DNA from: Tubiluchus corallicola
Lineage: Eukaryota > Animalia > Priapulida
Direction: 5' to 3'
Assembly: GCA_030141605.1 (NCBI GenBank)
Contig: JAQGDQ010000264.1
Coordinates: 62,001-126,000, forward strand
DNA: 64,000 nt
Shown: piece after piece, positions 26,679 to 39,841 of the stretch
Numbering within the stretch: position 1 is the first letter of the stretch
Layout of the letters: each line of letters begins with the position of its first letter
Made by a program: the position numbers and the translations under genes
The notes under the pieces: generated by a model
Told to the model about the DNA's origin: nothing
The model's database searches: none
What the model saw: only the letters and a program-made list of their open reading frames with translations

Positions 26679-28273
26679 GTAACTACTAAATTAAAATATC
26701 TATAATGAAAAAGTGGTTCTGTCCAAAACTTTTACTAGGAAGGATGATTCTAATCAAATTTTATTAACATGTAGAAAAAATACAAATTATGACATGTAAC
26801 GATTGTATAACAGCCTAATTCATGAAACTAAATAAGCACTACAATAAGTCTTCGCTTAACGACTCAACGTTTAGCGACATTTCGTTTTAACGATCGATGC
26901 TGGACTATTGACACCTTTCTCGCACTTTTCACGCACATTTTATTTTAGTGGCGATTTTTTTATTTTACTCACAGCCATTTATTTTATCAACAACTTTTTT
27001 TTACCTAATTTGAAGGATTAAAGCAGTACATACTGTGTTAATCTGTTCTAATAACGTATTAGAACATTTGACATTATTACTTGACATTTTAGTTTACTAT
27101 GCAGAGCTAATAGTCAAAGGAAAGTCACTGCATTATATGATTCACTTCCAAATTTTCTAGAAAAGTCCTCATCTATTTCAAATTATTTGTCTTTCAATGC
27201 TTCTACAGTTTCTTTGTTTAAGAAAAAATTTTCCTTTAATTGTTCAATTAAATTTAGTCTGTAAGTTTGAGTGTGGATTTCATTGAATGTGAAGATACAA
27301 AAGTTAAAAAGGTTGCAGAAAGAACAAATCACCGATTATGGGTTTTTCTTTTAGTTTTATTCAAATTTAACTCAGATTAATTGCATAAGAAGCTTCCGTA
27401 TTTTTTATCTTTCTTAATATTGCACTCAAGGAGCCAACAACAGTAACGAGCTACACTGAACACACATATTTAAGTATATTTCACTATTTGTCACCAAATT
27501 ACTAAATGTTTTTGCATAATTTATCATTTTGTTATTTGAGTATGCTAAACCATGCATCTCACTCCTAACAATTTTATAAATGTTTTTTTGTGCATAATTA
27601 ATCAAATTAACTGACCACAAGACCACAACTGAACAATATTGATGATATCTGTAAAAAGTCAAAATTAGCTAGTGGACGTTTTTGACTGTATTAAAAACTG
27701 TGGTGAAACTCTGAATCTGTCATAGGAGATGCTTTATGTGAGAACTTTTGTTTTTAAACTAAAAAATGTTTTTCTAAATAGTTAATATATGCAAGTACTG
27801 TTGTGCTTGACATTAAAAGCTTCAGTGAATTTGGAGCTTGTCACATGTAACAAATAAAATTCTATTCTATTCTATGCTTTTTCACCAGTGGTAGGTAACT
27901 CAAGGCAGTCGGAACTTGTCACTTTTTCACCAGTGGTCCGCAACGCAACTGAAGGCCATGAAGGGCGTAATATTGCTTTCATTGAATTAGCCATGTTTAA
28001 GAACTTAGGAATTATATTTGGTTTTAGTAAAATGGAAAGTATAATTTTTTATCAGTTGACCAGCCACCAATCTAATTATTCACTAAGTCTTGTGTTGCTT
28101 TTCTTTGTAAGCAAGCACTCAGCATGGTCACACAGGTAATTTCTTCACAAATTATTAGCAAGTTGCAGAAGGTTACAAGTTACAAGATAATTAATTTTAC
28201 CATCAATAGTATTACATTTGCACATTCAAACAATTTTAAGGAAAATAGGAATTTAATATCATTTTAATTTTGT

Positions 28274-29224
28274 AAACTAGCTAAACCTGACAGAATCATT
28301 TTGCATATCGTCCAAACAGTGCGAGTAGAAAAAGAAGGTAAGAAACGCACGAAACAAAAAGTTTTAAGTGGTAACGGAACCCACAATTTTCAATGTGGAA
28401 AGCCAACACACTTATCCCTGGCCTATAACAGATCTTCACGAATTTCTTTGCTTAACAACTGTTATAGCGGCGATGTTGCGAAAACATTGTGTGGCGTCAC
28501 GTATGTTACGCCGCGCCCAGGACCCAGTTTGAGATGCGAAATTTCCGCTATTTTGCATGGAATTAGTCGACCAATGTTCGCGCTCGTTTAGGTCTTTTCA
28601 GAAAACTTACATCGTTTTGTAGCCAGCTCCTTCTCCTTCTAAAGAGCTATAAAACTCCTTTAAATGTTCCCGTAACACGGCCAACCAATGATTTTTCTCG
28701 ATGATGTTTCACGAAAGTTTAATAAATTGAAATTAGACTTGTCATATTGAGGTCAGCCAAAATCAGCGAAACCTATATCATTCGATTCGTTGCATCGAGC
28801 CCTTTCATTTGACATATTACATGCCTGTTACTTGACACTGGTAACATTCTTGTCCTAGACCCCCTCGATTTTGGTTTTTGCCCCCTACCGCAAAATTTTC
28901 CAATATGCAAATGACTCATATTCAGCCATGCACAACAACTCGACACCAACTAGCCACATGACAAAAATTAATTGTGGCCCTAGCTAAAAAACTGTAGGAG
29001 GAGATCCAGCCTAACGAAAAAACAAGCAGCCCTGCCCGGTCCTTAACCTCTGACTCAGTGATGACGGGTCACGTATTAGCATAAATCCCCCTATGAGGGG
29101 AGTGCACCCTGTAAGTTTTGTAAACCTAGCCCTGTGCATGTGCAAGTTATTAAAGAAACAGAAAGGCATAAATCATAATAAAAACCAGGGGTAAAGTAAG
29201 AAGATTCTGCTTACGGAATCTTAA
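28274..29224. mobile_element. Probable non-autonomous Helitron/Helentron-like insertion in ABHD17 intron 1
   Basis: A CpG-richer block that starts aaactag and ends in the short palindrome gattc-tgcttacg-gaatc. Classification is tentative. Confidence 0.3.
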
Positions 29225-31194
29225 TAAATAAGCCTAATAGTTTATGTTAAATAATAATTGACCTAATAGCTATTAATTGAAGAAAGTTGGCACTATAAAG
29301 TTGTAAGTTGTATTGTACAAAGCGCATCAAACTAATACATAATTTGAACATGCTAGTTTTTCTGCTGTTTACAAATATAATGTTGTATACATATAATCAT
29401 TGGACAATAAATATGTATATTTACAAGGTTAAACCAAAATGAGATAAACAGTAATGTGTAAGCTAGTGATAGGACATATGATACAGAGATCTGGATATCC
29501 CAGTTACATCGCTATATATCCCAGTTACAGCAGTTATTTGAATGAAAATAATGTGCCTAATATTGTGATATTACATTTGCTTTGTTTTTTGTGCCCCTCA
29601 GTTTGCACGAAGCTTGCGAACTGTAATGTAATTCAGTATCAGCCAGGAATCTGGATCAGAGATAGTTTGTCTGAACCTCTCACAAATAGCAAAAAACTGC
29701 AAAAAACTCCTGTGCCTTGTACTTTTGAACTATAGGGGCCTAAGTAAAAAATCAAGAATCTTGTTTTTGATCCAGAAATGTGCTGGTGGATCTAAATCAT
29801 TACACCACTAATCTAAGACTGTTGTATTTTTGTTGCACGTATCCTGTGTATCCTGTGAAAGGAGAATAATTATTTTCTATCACCATTGTGAGCTATTTTT
29901 TCCTTTGTTTTTAAGCTGTGGTTTCATTGAACAAAGTTCTACTTTTCTTCGGGTTTGCAGTGTAAATTACTAAAAATTGTTCAGCAGTAGTGCAAACATT
30001 AGCATGTTGTTCTAATACATCCACATTTCTTTGTTGTATGCTGTTCAGTTGGGCTGTCTTGCAAGTTTCAGATAATGGCTCTAAGCACTGTTGACTAACA
30101 GCTTTATTTGAACTATGCAGCCATTGTGTTATAAAATCAATTGCTGCACAGTAATTATCCTGGCAAATAAAGCACTGTACATGAGCATAAATGAATGCGG
30201 GCAGCCCAGCCCGGCAAAACAGAAACAAATATCAGCAGTTAAGTTATTATTACCATACCTTTATTTGAAAGCTTGCATATTTAAAATATCAGCCAAACAC
30301 AAAATACCAATAAGCTAAATGAAAGTCAAGAATCACAAAAAATGACTGGATCTAAAACATTTCAGAAGGTCAATAAAATAACTACTATAATACTGATATA
30401 ATGTAATTTAAAAGTATTTAATGTAATTCATCATGTACTTAGCTCTAGAGTTTCTTTAAGTTATTTGAGTTTGTAAAGTTGGAGAATGCTCATGTTACAT
30501 TGCTATCTGAAAGCTATGCTATGGCTATATTTCTGGCTAGAATTTTGAAGATCTAAAAGAGTATAACATTTTTCCATGTATAAGAAGTTTATTAACTTGA
30601 TTTCTGTGTGCTAGAAATAAGAGAAGTGCATCTTGTATGTAGTCTATAAACACCATATATTATGTGTAATATATTATATTATATATATTATCTTGAGGCA
30701 TCATCAGCAGCATGCTCCTTGGGGTTTGAAAACTTCTCAGCGACGACAATGTACATTACAATATCCATTCAAAATGACTAGAATAGCTTATGCATGCAGG
30801 TACAGTTTCAAAGTGAGATACAGAATTTAGTTTTCTTAGATATTATAAATAAATGATATAAAGTACGAATTACTATATTTACATATTACATATTTACTAA
30901 GTGCTACAATATTTAGGTACAATATTAGAAAACCATTGAAAATGCATAATGATTAATGACCGGAAATGTTATGTTCGATATGACTGATTCAAGGAAAAAC
31001 GCGCGAAATTACCTATTTGATCTCACCTCAGTCTGTGTTCGAAGAGCATGGTAGACACTTTAGTGAACCAAATATCAAGAATTTTTTTAAACTACAATTG
31101 CAAAGAAATGATATTTAAACGAATAAAAACATTTTTAATTAATGTAATTGATTTATATAACATTATGATATTATGCATTCTGTATACTCACCCA

Positions 31195-31245
<51 letters not shown>

Positions 31246-32630
31246 TTATTTATTTATTTATTTACTTATTTATTTAGTTATAAGATTTGGCATGCAGATA
31301 CTTTGGAAATTTTTGAAGCCCATTTGTGGCAAATATCACTTGTTTCAAATGAAAATTGTGTGGGCTTTTTTTATATAATGAAACATTTTTACTATAGGAA
31401 CAGATAAAAATTTAACTGAATGAAAATCTGATGCACCCTAATGCAGAGTGTAAATATACTGATAACAATTTTCACGTGCAAGGTGCTCACAATGTCTACA
31501 GATTTGAATGCTGCAGTGAAAGCTTGATGTATAAGGCACACGTGTTTATTATAACTTACTGCTGCCGATCAATATGTATAATAAAGCTTAGTCAACTACA
31601 AACATCTTGTTTTGTCTGTATACATGTGTTGCTTAAAATTCTTGCAAATTGTCAGTGTAGCTAGTGCAATATTTTTCCACGTGTCCATATACTTGCTAAA
31701 TTCAATCTCGGAGAAAGAACTTAAATGATTTTGTAGATTACTCGGAAAATTGTGTTCTCGTAGGAGTGATGTTGCAAATTTGAGTAGCACAACACTTAAT
31801 ACAGCGAAACTGGATTGATGCATGTACTGTCACAGTGAACTATTACTTGGTGCTATTGAGTGCAATGATTAAGCTTACTTAGCTACACTGAACAATTCGT
31901 TTATAAATACTGAGCTATGGAATATATATGTTCGTGAAATAACATTAGTTCAGTTAACAGATTGCGAAATAATTTTATTTTCATTAATGGGCTGAGCAAA
32001 GAGGCTGTGACATTCACAGTCCTTTCCATCAAAAGGATAATTTTATTCCATTGATTTTACAATGATCTGATTTCTCTCACTTTTTGATTCTTGTATGCAA
32101 AAATGACTGAGGAAGATTGCTTTAAATAGGTCTTAAATTGTTTGTACATGTGTAAATGCTTGCCTTATGAAAACAAATAATTTAAGCCTGTGATGTGCAA
32201 ATTATCTAAGACCTGTGGTGTCTAAGTTATCTAAGACTTTGCTGACATCATGAGGTTTTAATTGTATTATGCAGTTGGGTAAAAAATTGTAGGATAATGG
32301 ATACGGCTGCTTAACTTGCTAATCTTGCTTTGACAACTAACAATTTTATCTGCGCATGACATACCAGTACCAAAAAGAAGTAGCACTAGGAAAATTTTTT
32401 TATTTTCCCGTGAGCTCTTCTTTACATGTGAAGGTTGCTTGTGAGGATCATTAGCTGGCTCAGTAGCTACAGATTTTTCTTTCTAAAGCAAATATTTAAA
32501 TTTTTGTTTGTCTTTAAAATGAGTAACTTTGTCTCAGTCTGATACTGTAGATTTTGTAGTACTAAAAGTTTTACATGTCAGACTGTAGATTCTGTAGTAC
32601 TAAGAGTTTTACATGTCAGTTTTTTTTCAG

Positions 32631-32757
32631 CATTGACAAAGTGCCGAAGGTGACATCTCCCGTCCTAGTAATCCATGGCACCGATGATGAAGTCATTGAT
32701 TTTTCCCATGGTCTTGCCATTTATGAACGATGTCCACGTACTGTTGAGCCTCTATGG
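32631..32757 (+). CDS. ABHD17: ABHD17 exon 2
   Basis: ttttttttcag acceptor. [27 protein letters not shown]...VEPLW contains the catalytic Asp. Donor GT at 32758. Confidence 0.95.
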
Positions 32758-33054
32758 GTACATACGCTATTTTCACTGTTTTTCTAATTAATTGGTATCT
32801 TTGCTGCACTTTGGAAAATGTGTTGTTATTAAATTTAATCTGTTAATTATTGATGACCTTAATAGTAAAAAGCTAGTCTTTTGCTAGCTTTAGATATTTT
32901 ATTCTTGTTTTTATGCTGGACAGGCGTGGAAAATTTTAGCTCCTGAGAGTTTAAAATGACAAAATTTTTCCTATCTTAAACCAGTTTTTTGTCTAATTGA
33001 CGTTTTTGATCTTTGCGACTAAGATTTTTTCTAATTTCGTCTGAGATTAATGGA

Positions 33055-34775
33055 GATTTAGACGTGCACGTGTTGTATGTTGTTTTTAAGATGGCGTCCA
33101 GTTCTTTATGAAGATCTCAATTTCCGACGCATATGGAATTAACAAAGAGTGGATTCCCTTCATGAGGTGTGGATGTGCAAGCTTAGCCCTTTTTGCATCA
33201 TTAATTGGTTTTGCATTATTAAACACTACTATCATTTGCATAGATTTACAGAGTGAGTCTGTGCTTGTAACTGATTATACTTACTCCTTAATCATGTCAT
33301 GGAGATCTCAGAGCATGTTAAACACCAGTATTACTAAGAGTGATTCCTTCAGTATGAATCAGCAAGTAACTACGCAGTCTGTAACCCTAGTGGATGATAA
33401 ATCTAGTGAGTCTAAAGAAGTTTCTTTGTGTCAGATGTGTTCTGTATCGTCAGTAGAGTTTGAGGCCATTAATTGTGAGCGATGTAAGAAGTGGATTTGC
33501 TTAAACTGCAAAATTGTCTCAGGTTGAATACAAATGGGTTGGTTGACAATCCCAGACTAAGTGAACTTCCTTTTTACTGCAGTGATTACGAGCAGAGAGC
33601 AAAAGCTGATGCACTTAATGGCGTCACTATTGAACATAAACTCGAAGAATTTCAAAAGAAATTAGAGATGCTTTGCTAACAGTGAAGCACAACTTGCTAC
33701 AAATGCTGACAGCAGTGTTGTCCATAGTTGCATGCTGATGTTGACAATTTGAAAATGATACAAAGGAATTCATCTCAATCACAGGCTATTGTTAAAATTC
33801 AAAAGATCTGAAATTAACAAAAAGATTAACTTGGTTATCAGTGAGTCCGATGACCTTTATCTCCGTAAGTGTAACCTGATTTTCAAAAATGTTCCTGAAC
33901 CACTGAGTTCAGTTGGTAGAGGAGAATGTCGTGACAGTGACAGAACTAAAGATGCTAGAATATTGGGGGCTTTCTATAAAGGCTCAACACCAGTTCTTTT
34001 CACAAGACTTGGAGAATTTAAGGAAGGAAGAAATTGCCTTTTGCTAATCAAATTCAATGATGTTAAAGCATCATGCCATGTTTTCAATGATAAAGTATTG
34101 CTTCAGAAAGAATCAGCTACTAGTTGGATGAGTGACGTTTTTATACAGCGTGATGTCACTCAGTTTGAGAGAGACAACAGCAGGCAAACAGAATTAAGCA
34201 ACCTAATAGTCAAGTGCTAAGACTTGCTGAAAGAGGTATCTTGGCTGAACGTCGTGGCACCCGAGCACAGAGATTAGCTGGCCCTCTAAATAAATCTTGT
34301 GATGTTCGAGTAACCAACACTCCAGCAGGTAGTCATGTTCATGCATCCGCGTCAGGAGACTTGGATTCTGCATGTCTAAACGATCTCTAATGCAATCCAG
34401 CTCACATTGTAGATAGTGTAAATGGATATCAAGATTGCAAATTCATTAACAAATGTGATGATGTAAATAAGTTGATTAAAGGTTATCTCTGTAATTGTCA
34501 AGGTATTGTCCACGTTTCTACTCTGGAACAGCACAGGGCATCAACTGGTTTAGTTGATTAGCACAATCTGTTCATTCCATCTGTCTGTACAAAAAAATGA
34601 GATCATTTCTTTGCTAATAGAGTTGTTCTTTATTGGAACAAATTTGATGATAATGTTGTAAGGTCAGACTCACGAACTTGTATAAAGCAGCAATAGGTAC
34701 TCTTCTATTCAGGAGAACATCAGCTATCCAATCATGTTACTTGTTGAAGCATTTATAAACAACTTAATTAAATAA
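33055..34775 (+). mobile_element. Degenerate CR1/L2-clade LINE remnant: PHD-finger ORF1 plus 3' end, most of ORF2 missing
   Basis: Broken ORF1 with CQMC...CERCKKWICLNC...FYC (PHD-like) and NLIFKNVPE..RLG..LLIKF..VFIQRDVT. Near 34605, FFANRVVLYWNK is typical of CR1 ORF2 C-termini. A 5' aagatggcg motif is present. Confidence 0.65.
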
Positions 34776-36051
34776 ACTTGAGAAGATCATGCCCTTTTCG
34801 GGCACTCCAATTTAGCCTATTGAGTAACTTAGTCTGGCTTATGCTTGCGTGAAGTTACGTACAGATCAAGTCATTTGCTGTTCCAGAAAAAACCAACCAA
34901 CAGCCAACAACAAATTAAGGTCGTCTCATCTTAATTTCTCATAAAAATAGAGAATACTTGAGGCCAAAGTCTACCAGAGTGTTGTGTTTAGATAGTTCAA
35001 ACTTTCCGCATTAGCTGATTTCACACAAGTGGTACCGAACATTGTTAGGGTGCTAAGGTGCGCGCAAATACTGAAAGCTTTTTTCAATTTTTAATTTGTC
35101 TAAGGTAAGCAAATACATTTCATCTATAATTTTGCACGAAAGTCCATTGTGTGAAGAGTAGAAACATAGAAAAATTATCCAATATAATGTAATCATTGCT
35201 TAGTGAGAGCGTATGCAAAATGCCGCAATCGCTTACGGTCCTGAAGGAGTTAAGGAACTCATTGAAAATTATATGAAGCCATTTGTTCTCTAGACCAAAT
35301 ATGCTGACCATTACCATGATTTGTTCAACATCACTTGGCACTAGTATAGTATTGTTAGAAATCATTGGATCATTGACTCTTATCATGACTTATATGAACC
35401 TCTACATTGCAACAAGTGGCCACTTGGTTATATGATATTAGTTTCATAACCTCTCAGCACCGGCAAGTAATAAAGAAGCTGTTTTGTAGAGCACTGCCCA
35501 AACTTCAATATCGGGCTAATCAGTTTACCGATGCCTTTCAAAATGGCCAAAAACATTCACCAGAATTTGTAAAAAGTTGGAGGCTTTGGCATCATTTCAG
35601 AAAGATTTTCATCAAATTGTAGTAGCCTGTAGGTAGGCTGCAAACTGCAAAGTCCTACCATCTTGTGAATACAACATAAATTGAGCCATTTATTTGTCTG
35701 CAAATCTTTTCCTTTATGACGTAGAATAGAAAACCCTAGATTTACATTTTACCATGTTTTTTTTCGTGGTATTGAGTCTGGCCATGTGGTGTTTGTTAAC
35801 CTTGATTTTTAGAATACCAAGCTGCTGAAAATTAAGCAAAAATAAAAAGTAAAGAAAGCGAAAATTACTTTTTAAACTCATAATTGATTTATTTGATATT
35901 CAGAAAATGTGAATTTCTTACTATGCTACATGGAGATGTAAAGTATATAGTATTTATGAAACACTGTAAAACAGTTTCATTGATTCAGCATATAACTAGT
36001 CGAATTAGCATACATATCATGTTATATCATATTGCTGATCATTTTTTGTAG

Positions 36052-36141
36052 GTGGAAGGAGCTGGGCACAACGACGTTGAACTTTACGGTCAATATTTGG
36101 AACGATTAAAAAGGTTTATTGCCGTAGAGCTAACTAACTGA
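36052..36141 (+). CDS. ABHD17: ABHD17 exon 3
   Basis: ttttttgtag acceptor. [32 protein letters not shown] contains the catalytic His. Confidence 0.95.
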   Translation: [29 protein letters not shown]

Positions 36142-39100
36142 CAATTAGCCACTGCCAATAAGGAATCAACGTCACATCAGCAGCCTGATGGTACTGTTAC
36201 TACTCGATTATAGCAACTAAAGTTATTAATAAACAATTGTCTGACTCGTTTGTTTGACTGTTTTAATCAAGTTGTAATAATAAGATACCTTATTTTTAAA
36301 AAACTTCCAGTCCGAGTTTTGAATGTGTTCTGTTCTTATCCTGACTTAAGCAGCTAACAGCAAGGATGTCAGATTTTTCATGAATATGCAGGCTTTTCTA
36401 AATTTCCTTTTCTTTTATCACATCTTGAATGTTCTCTATTTTTTTGTAAATTTCTTTCCACTGTGTTTGCTCCCCAAAAGTAAGTGCTCAAGAAGGTCTT
36501 CTGTGGTACACTAACTGCATAATATTGTCTTTCAGTGTCAAAGCACAAACCTCAAATTGTTTCACTAAAGGGTCATCTGTATTTATTACCTAAAATCTGG
36601 ATATTAAGAAAGCTCACAAAATGGAACTTTGTATCTTGCTGGCATTGAACATATTAATATGTAGCACAAAATATTGTCAGTTTTGAACTGGTGGTATACT
36701 GGGAGTACAGCAAAAGCTAAGCAAGATTTTAACCATTATTTTAGCATTTTTCAAAATGAACATTTAGTGCAAATGTATGGATCAAAAGTTTCATTTCATT
36801 CAAGAACATAGATAAACCTTTTCATTCATTGTGACACTGCAAAAAATCACAGTGGTACTTTTTCAATTTAATCACCAGTTACAAAAACTACAATCAAGTA
36901 CAGCACATTTCTATAGTTATGTCCCATGCTGTTGGTCTTAGTAAAAACTAGCTCTATTAATTGATTACCGACCCTGTAGGTTCTACCAAAAACTGTCTGT
37001 ATTGTAAAAGAGATCTGTTGCTTACTAAAAGTCTATATGACACTGATACGTCTGATGGCTATTTCAAAATTCTTTGACTCTATTCTGAAAGTTCGAGCTT
37101 TCAACAAATAATTAGCAGAAAACACCAATCCATTTGTAAAAATTTTCGTAATAGCACAATTCATTTTTAAGTTTTATTACTTTAATTTGGAGCTACACTA
37201 TCAAATATCAAAGAGTTATTATTAATCAGATAAGGAAAATTATCACACAAGCCTTTTTGTGTTGTTCTACCATTGTAATGAAAGTCCTCTGATCAGATGT
37301 TGTCATTTGTAAACCTTCAAGGTGAAAATTGTAACTTGCTCAACTGCTAACTTACATCACAGCATTCATATTACACATTATTCAGAATTGCTGGGGCCAC
37401 AACAATATATATAATACTAAATTAACAAGGAATCAAGTAATAAAGTTAGTAAATTCAAAATAATTCTTATAATACAATTATTATTACATGAACACATACC
37501 ACAAAAGTTTATAGTTACAGTGATAAATTTACTGGTAATTTGTAACTGTGTCAGCGACTATAAATTTATGATAATTCTTGTAACGCAATTATTGCTCAAA
37601 AGAGTACAAGAAATTTGCTGTAATTATGGTGACAAATTTTTTGGAAATCTGTGTCTGTCAGCCAGTCAAAATGTCTTCACATAGTTATTCCTAGATGTGC
37701 AAGCTGCATCAGTTCATATCTAAATATCATTTAAAAATGTGCAACATCCAATGCATTTAAAATAAAGTAACTCTGAAATTAAAAATCGCACATAATTTAC
37801 ATTGTAAACTATAATTTTAAGTCATTCTGTATTTTACTGCTTATTTGTAATATGCTAATATGTGTTACTTTGAAACTTCATATTTTTGTTCATCTTTGCC
37901 TTCCACCATCTGTAGGATCCGTGCTTTTAACTTTCATTTATTTCAGTCATTTGTTTCTGTTTCACACTCTTTCTTTTTGTGCAAAACAGTTATATTTTCA
38001 CCAGTGTAAACTTGCTGTATTGTCAAAATATAAAGAAAATATATTCTTCATCTTTCGCTCTACCACAAATACAACTTTCACATTACAGCCATGTGTAGAG
38101 TTATTGTAAGACATGGTCTTTGGTTCAAATAAAGTAATAAAATATCTTGTTTCATATTTTTCAAGTGAACTGGTAGAATGTGACGTTGTTTCCTTGTTGA
38201 CAGTGTAAGAATAATATGAGTAAATGATGGGCCAAATGAGGATTAAATTGTCTATTTTTATGTAAAATGTCATAACTAATAGATGGTCTATATGCATTGA
38301 TATGGTATGTACATAATTATTATTATGTATTTAATATGATTGCAGGGCAGGTATTGAAGTTATTAATGTTTAATAATGTGCCTTGTTCTCAGGGCCCCAA
38401 TGTGATTTGAATCTATTTATAATAACTGCACTTTGATATTACCTAGTTCTTTTGCTGTTAATTTAGCTTGTATATTAACGTAACATTTCTAGTATTTTGA
38501 TGAATTCACTCAGCTAGGCGTTTTAACTAGACTTGACAATTTTTCGAGTGCTTACAATGCCTATCTCTAATTAATTGCTAGGTAATATGCAACAGACTTC
38601 TTAGTGTAATTTTACGTTGAAGAGAATCTCGATTTTATACCCTCTCATCTATTTTGTAATAACAAAATGCTCGAAATTTATATATTGAAGATCAATTTTA
38701 TAACAACCCGTCTATTTACATTTTCTTATGCAGAAATTTTCACAGAAAACAATAAACTGATTTGTGTTACTATTAAATCTATACTTTGTCATCAGCTGTA
38801 AAACTTTTATGTTAATCATGTTTTAATATTAAGTTAAATAAAATTTAACTTACAACCATTACAAAATATGTAGTTGTAACTCCTTAACTTAATGTGGCAG
38901 TCACTGTGTAAACGAAGAACACCGGTGTATACTCTAATTCATGTAAAGAAATATTTAGCTGTGTAAAATGAAATTTTGGATACATGCTTGTCAAAGAATA
39001 CAAGCTACTTAAATTTATGAGACGTGTAGTTCAGTTGATGTGTAATATTGGATACGACTTTGGTTAGAGTGGTTGTTGCTTTTTGTTTAATTTGAGCTCT

Positions 39101-39403
39101 AGCTTAAACAATAATTTGAATGTTACATTGGGTATAACGTGAGCTTCTTGTAAAGGAGATGAAGTACAGATTGCCACTGTAAGATGATACTAAACCATCA
39201 TTAAGTTACCTTTTATGTTTGTGTGACTCATGCCAAAATAATTAAATTGAATGTCTTGGCTTATTCACAGCAGTACTGATCTAGATCCCAGGCATCAAAT
39301 GTGAAATTGTTGCTGCAGTTGCTGAGAAAGCTTTACATGATTGCCATTATGAGCTTTTCTGCATAATTTTTTTACTATTAAAATTTGGTGCAACATGCAA
39401 TTA

Positions 39404-39841
39404 CCGTATTTTCCCGTGTATAAGAGACCCTTTTTTGCTCAGAATTTTCACTTTAAAAATAGGGGGTCTCTTATACATGGGAGTAAGTCTTTTCAATAAG
39501 ATGCATAAATTGTGACACTAATGATTTTAAAGAAATAAGTGCTCTACAACTGTTTTGCGTGTCGCGTTCGACTATGAAGCGGTTGTAAGCAATACAAGCA
39601 TCGTGACACAGGCATTATATCCTCGTTTTCTCTTTTCCTGTTACAGGTTTGCAGGTACGCACTTTAATATATACCAGTACTCTTTTTCTACAACACATTA
39701 ACTGGTTTTATTTTGTTTTCAGTACCGCACTGAGTTGAAAAAAGTTGTACTTTACCCTCTAAAAATGTCCGTCTGAAAAAACTTTTTTCCAGAATTTTTG
39801 CCTAAAAATTGAAGGGGTCTCTTATACACGGGAAAATACGG
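39404..39841. mobile_element. Tc1/mariner (Tc2-like) MITE
   Basis: Perfect 27-bp TIR ccgtattttcccgtgtataagagaccc with TA flanks, plus an internal partial copy ggggtctcttatacatggga at ~39463. Confidence 0.85.
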
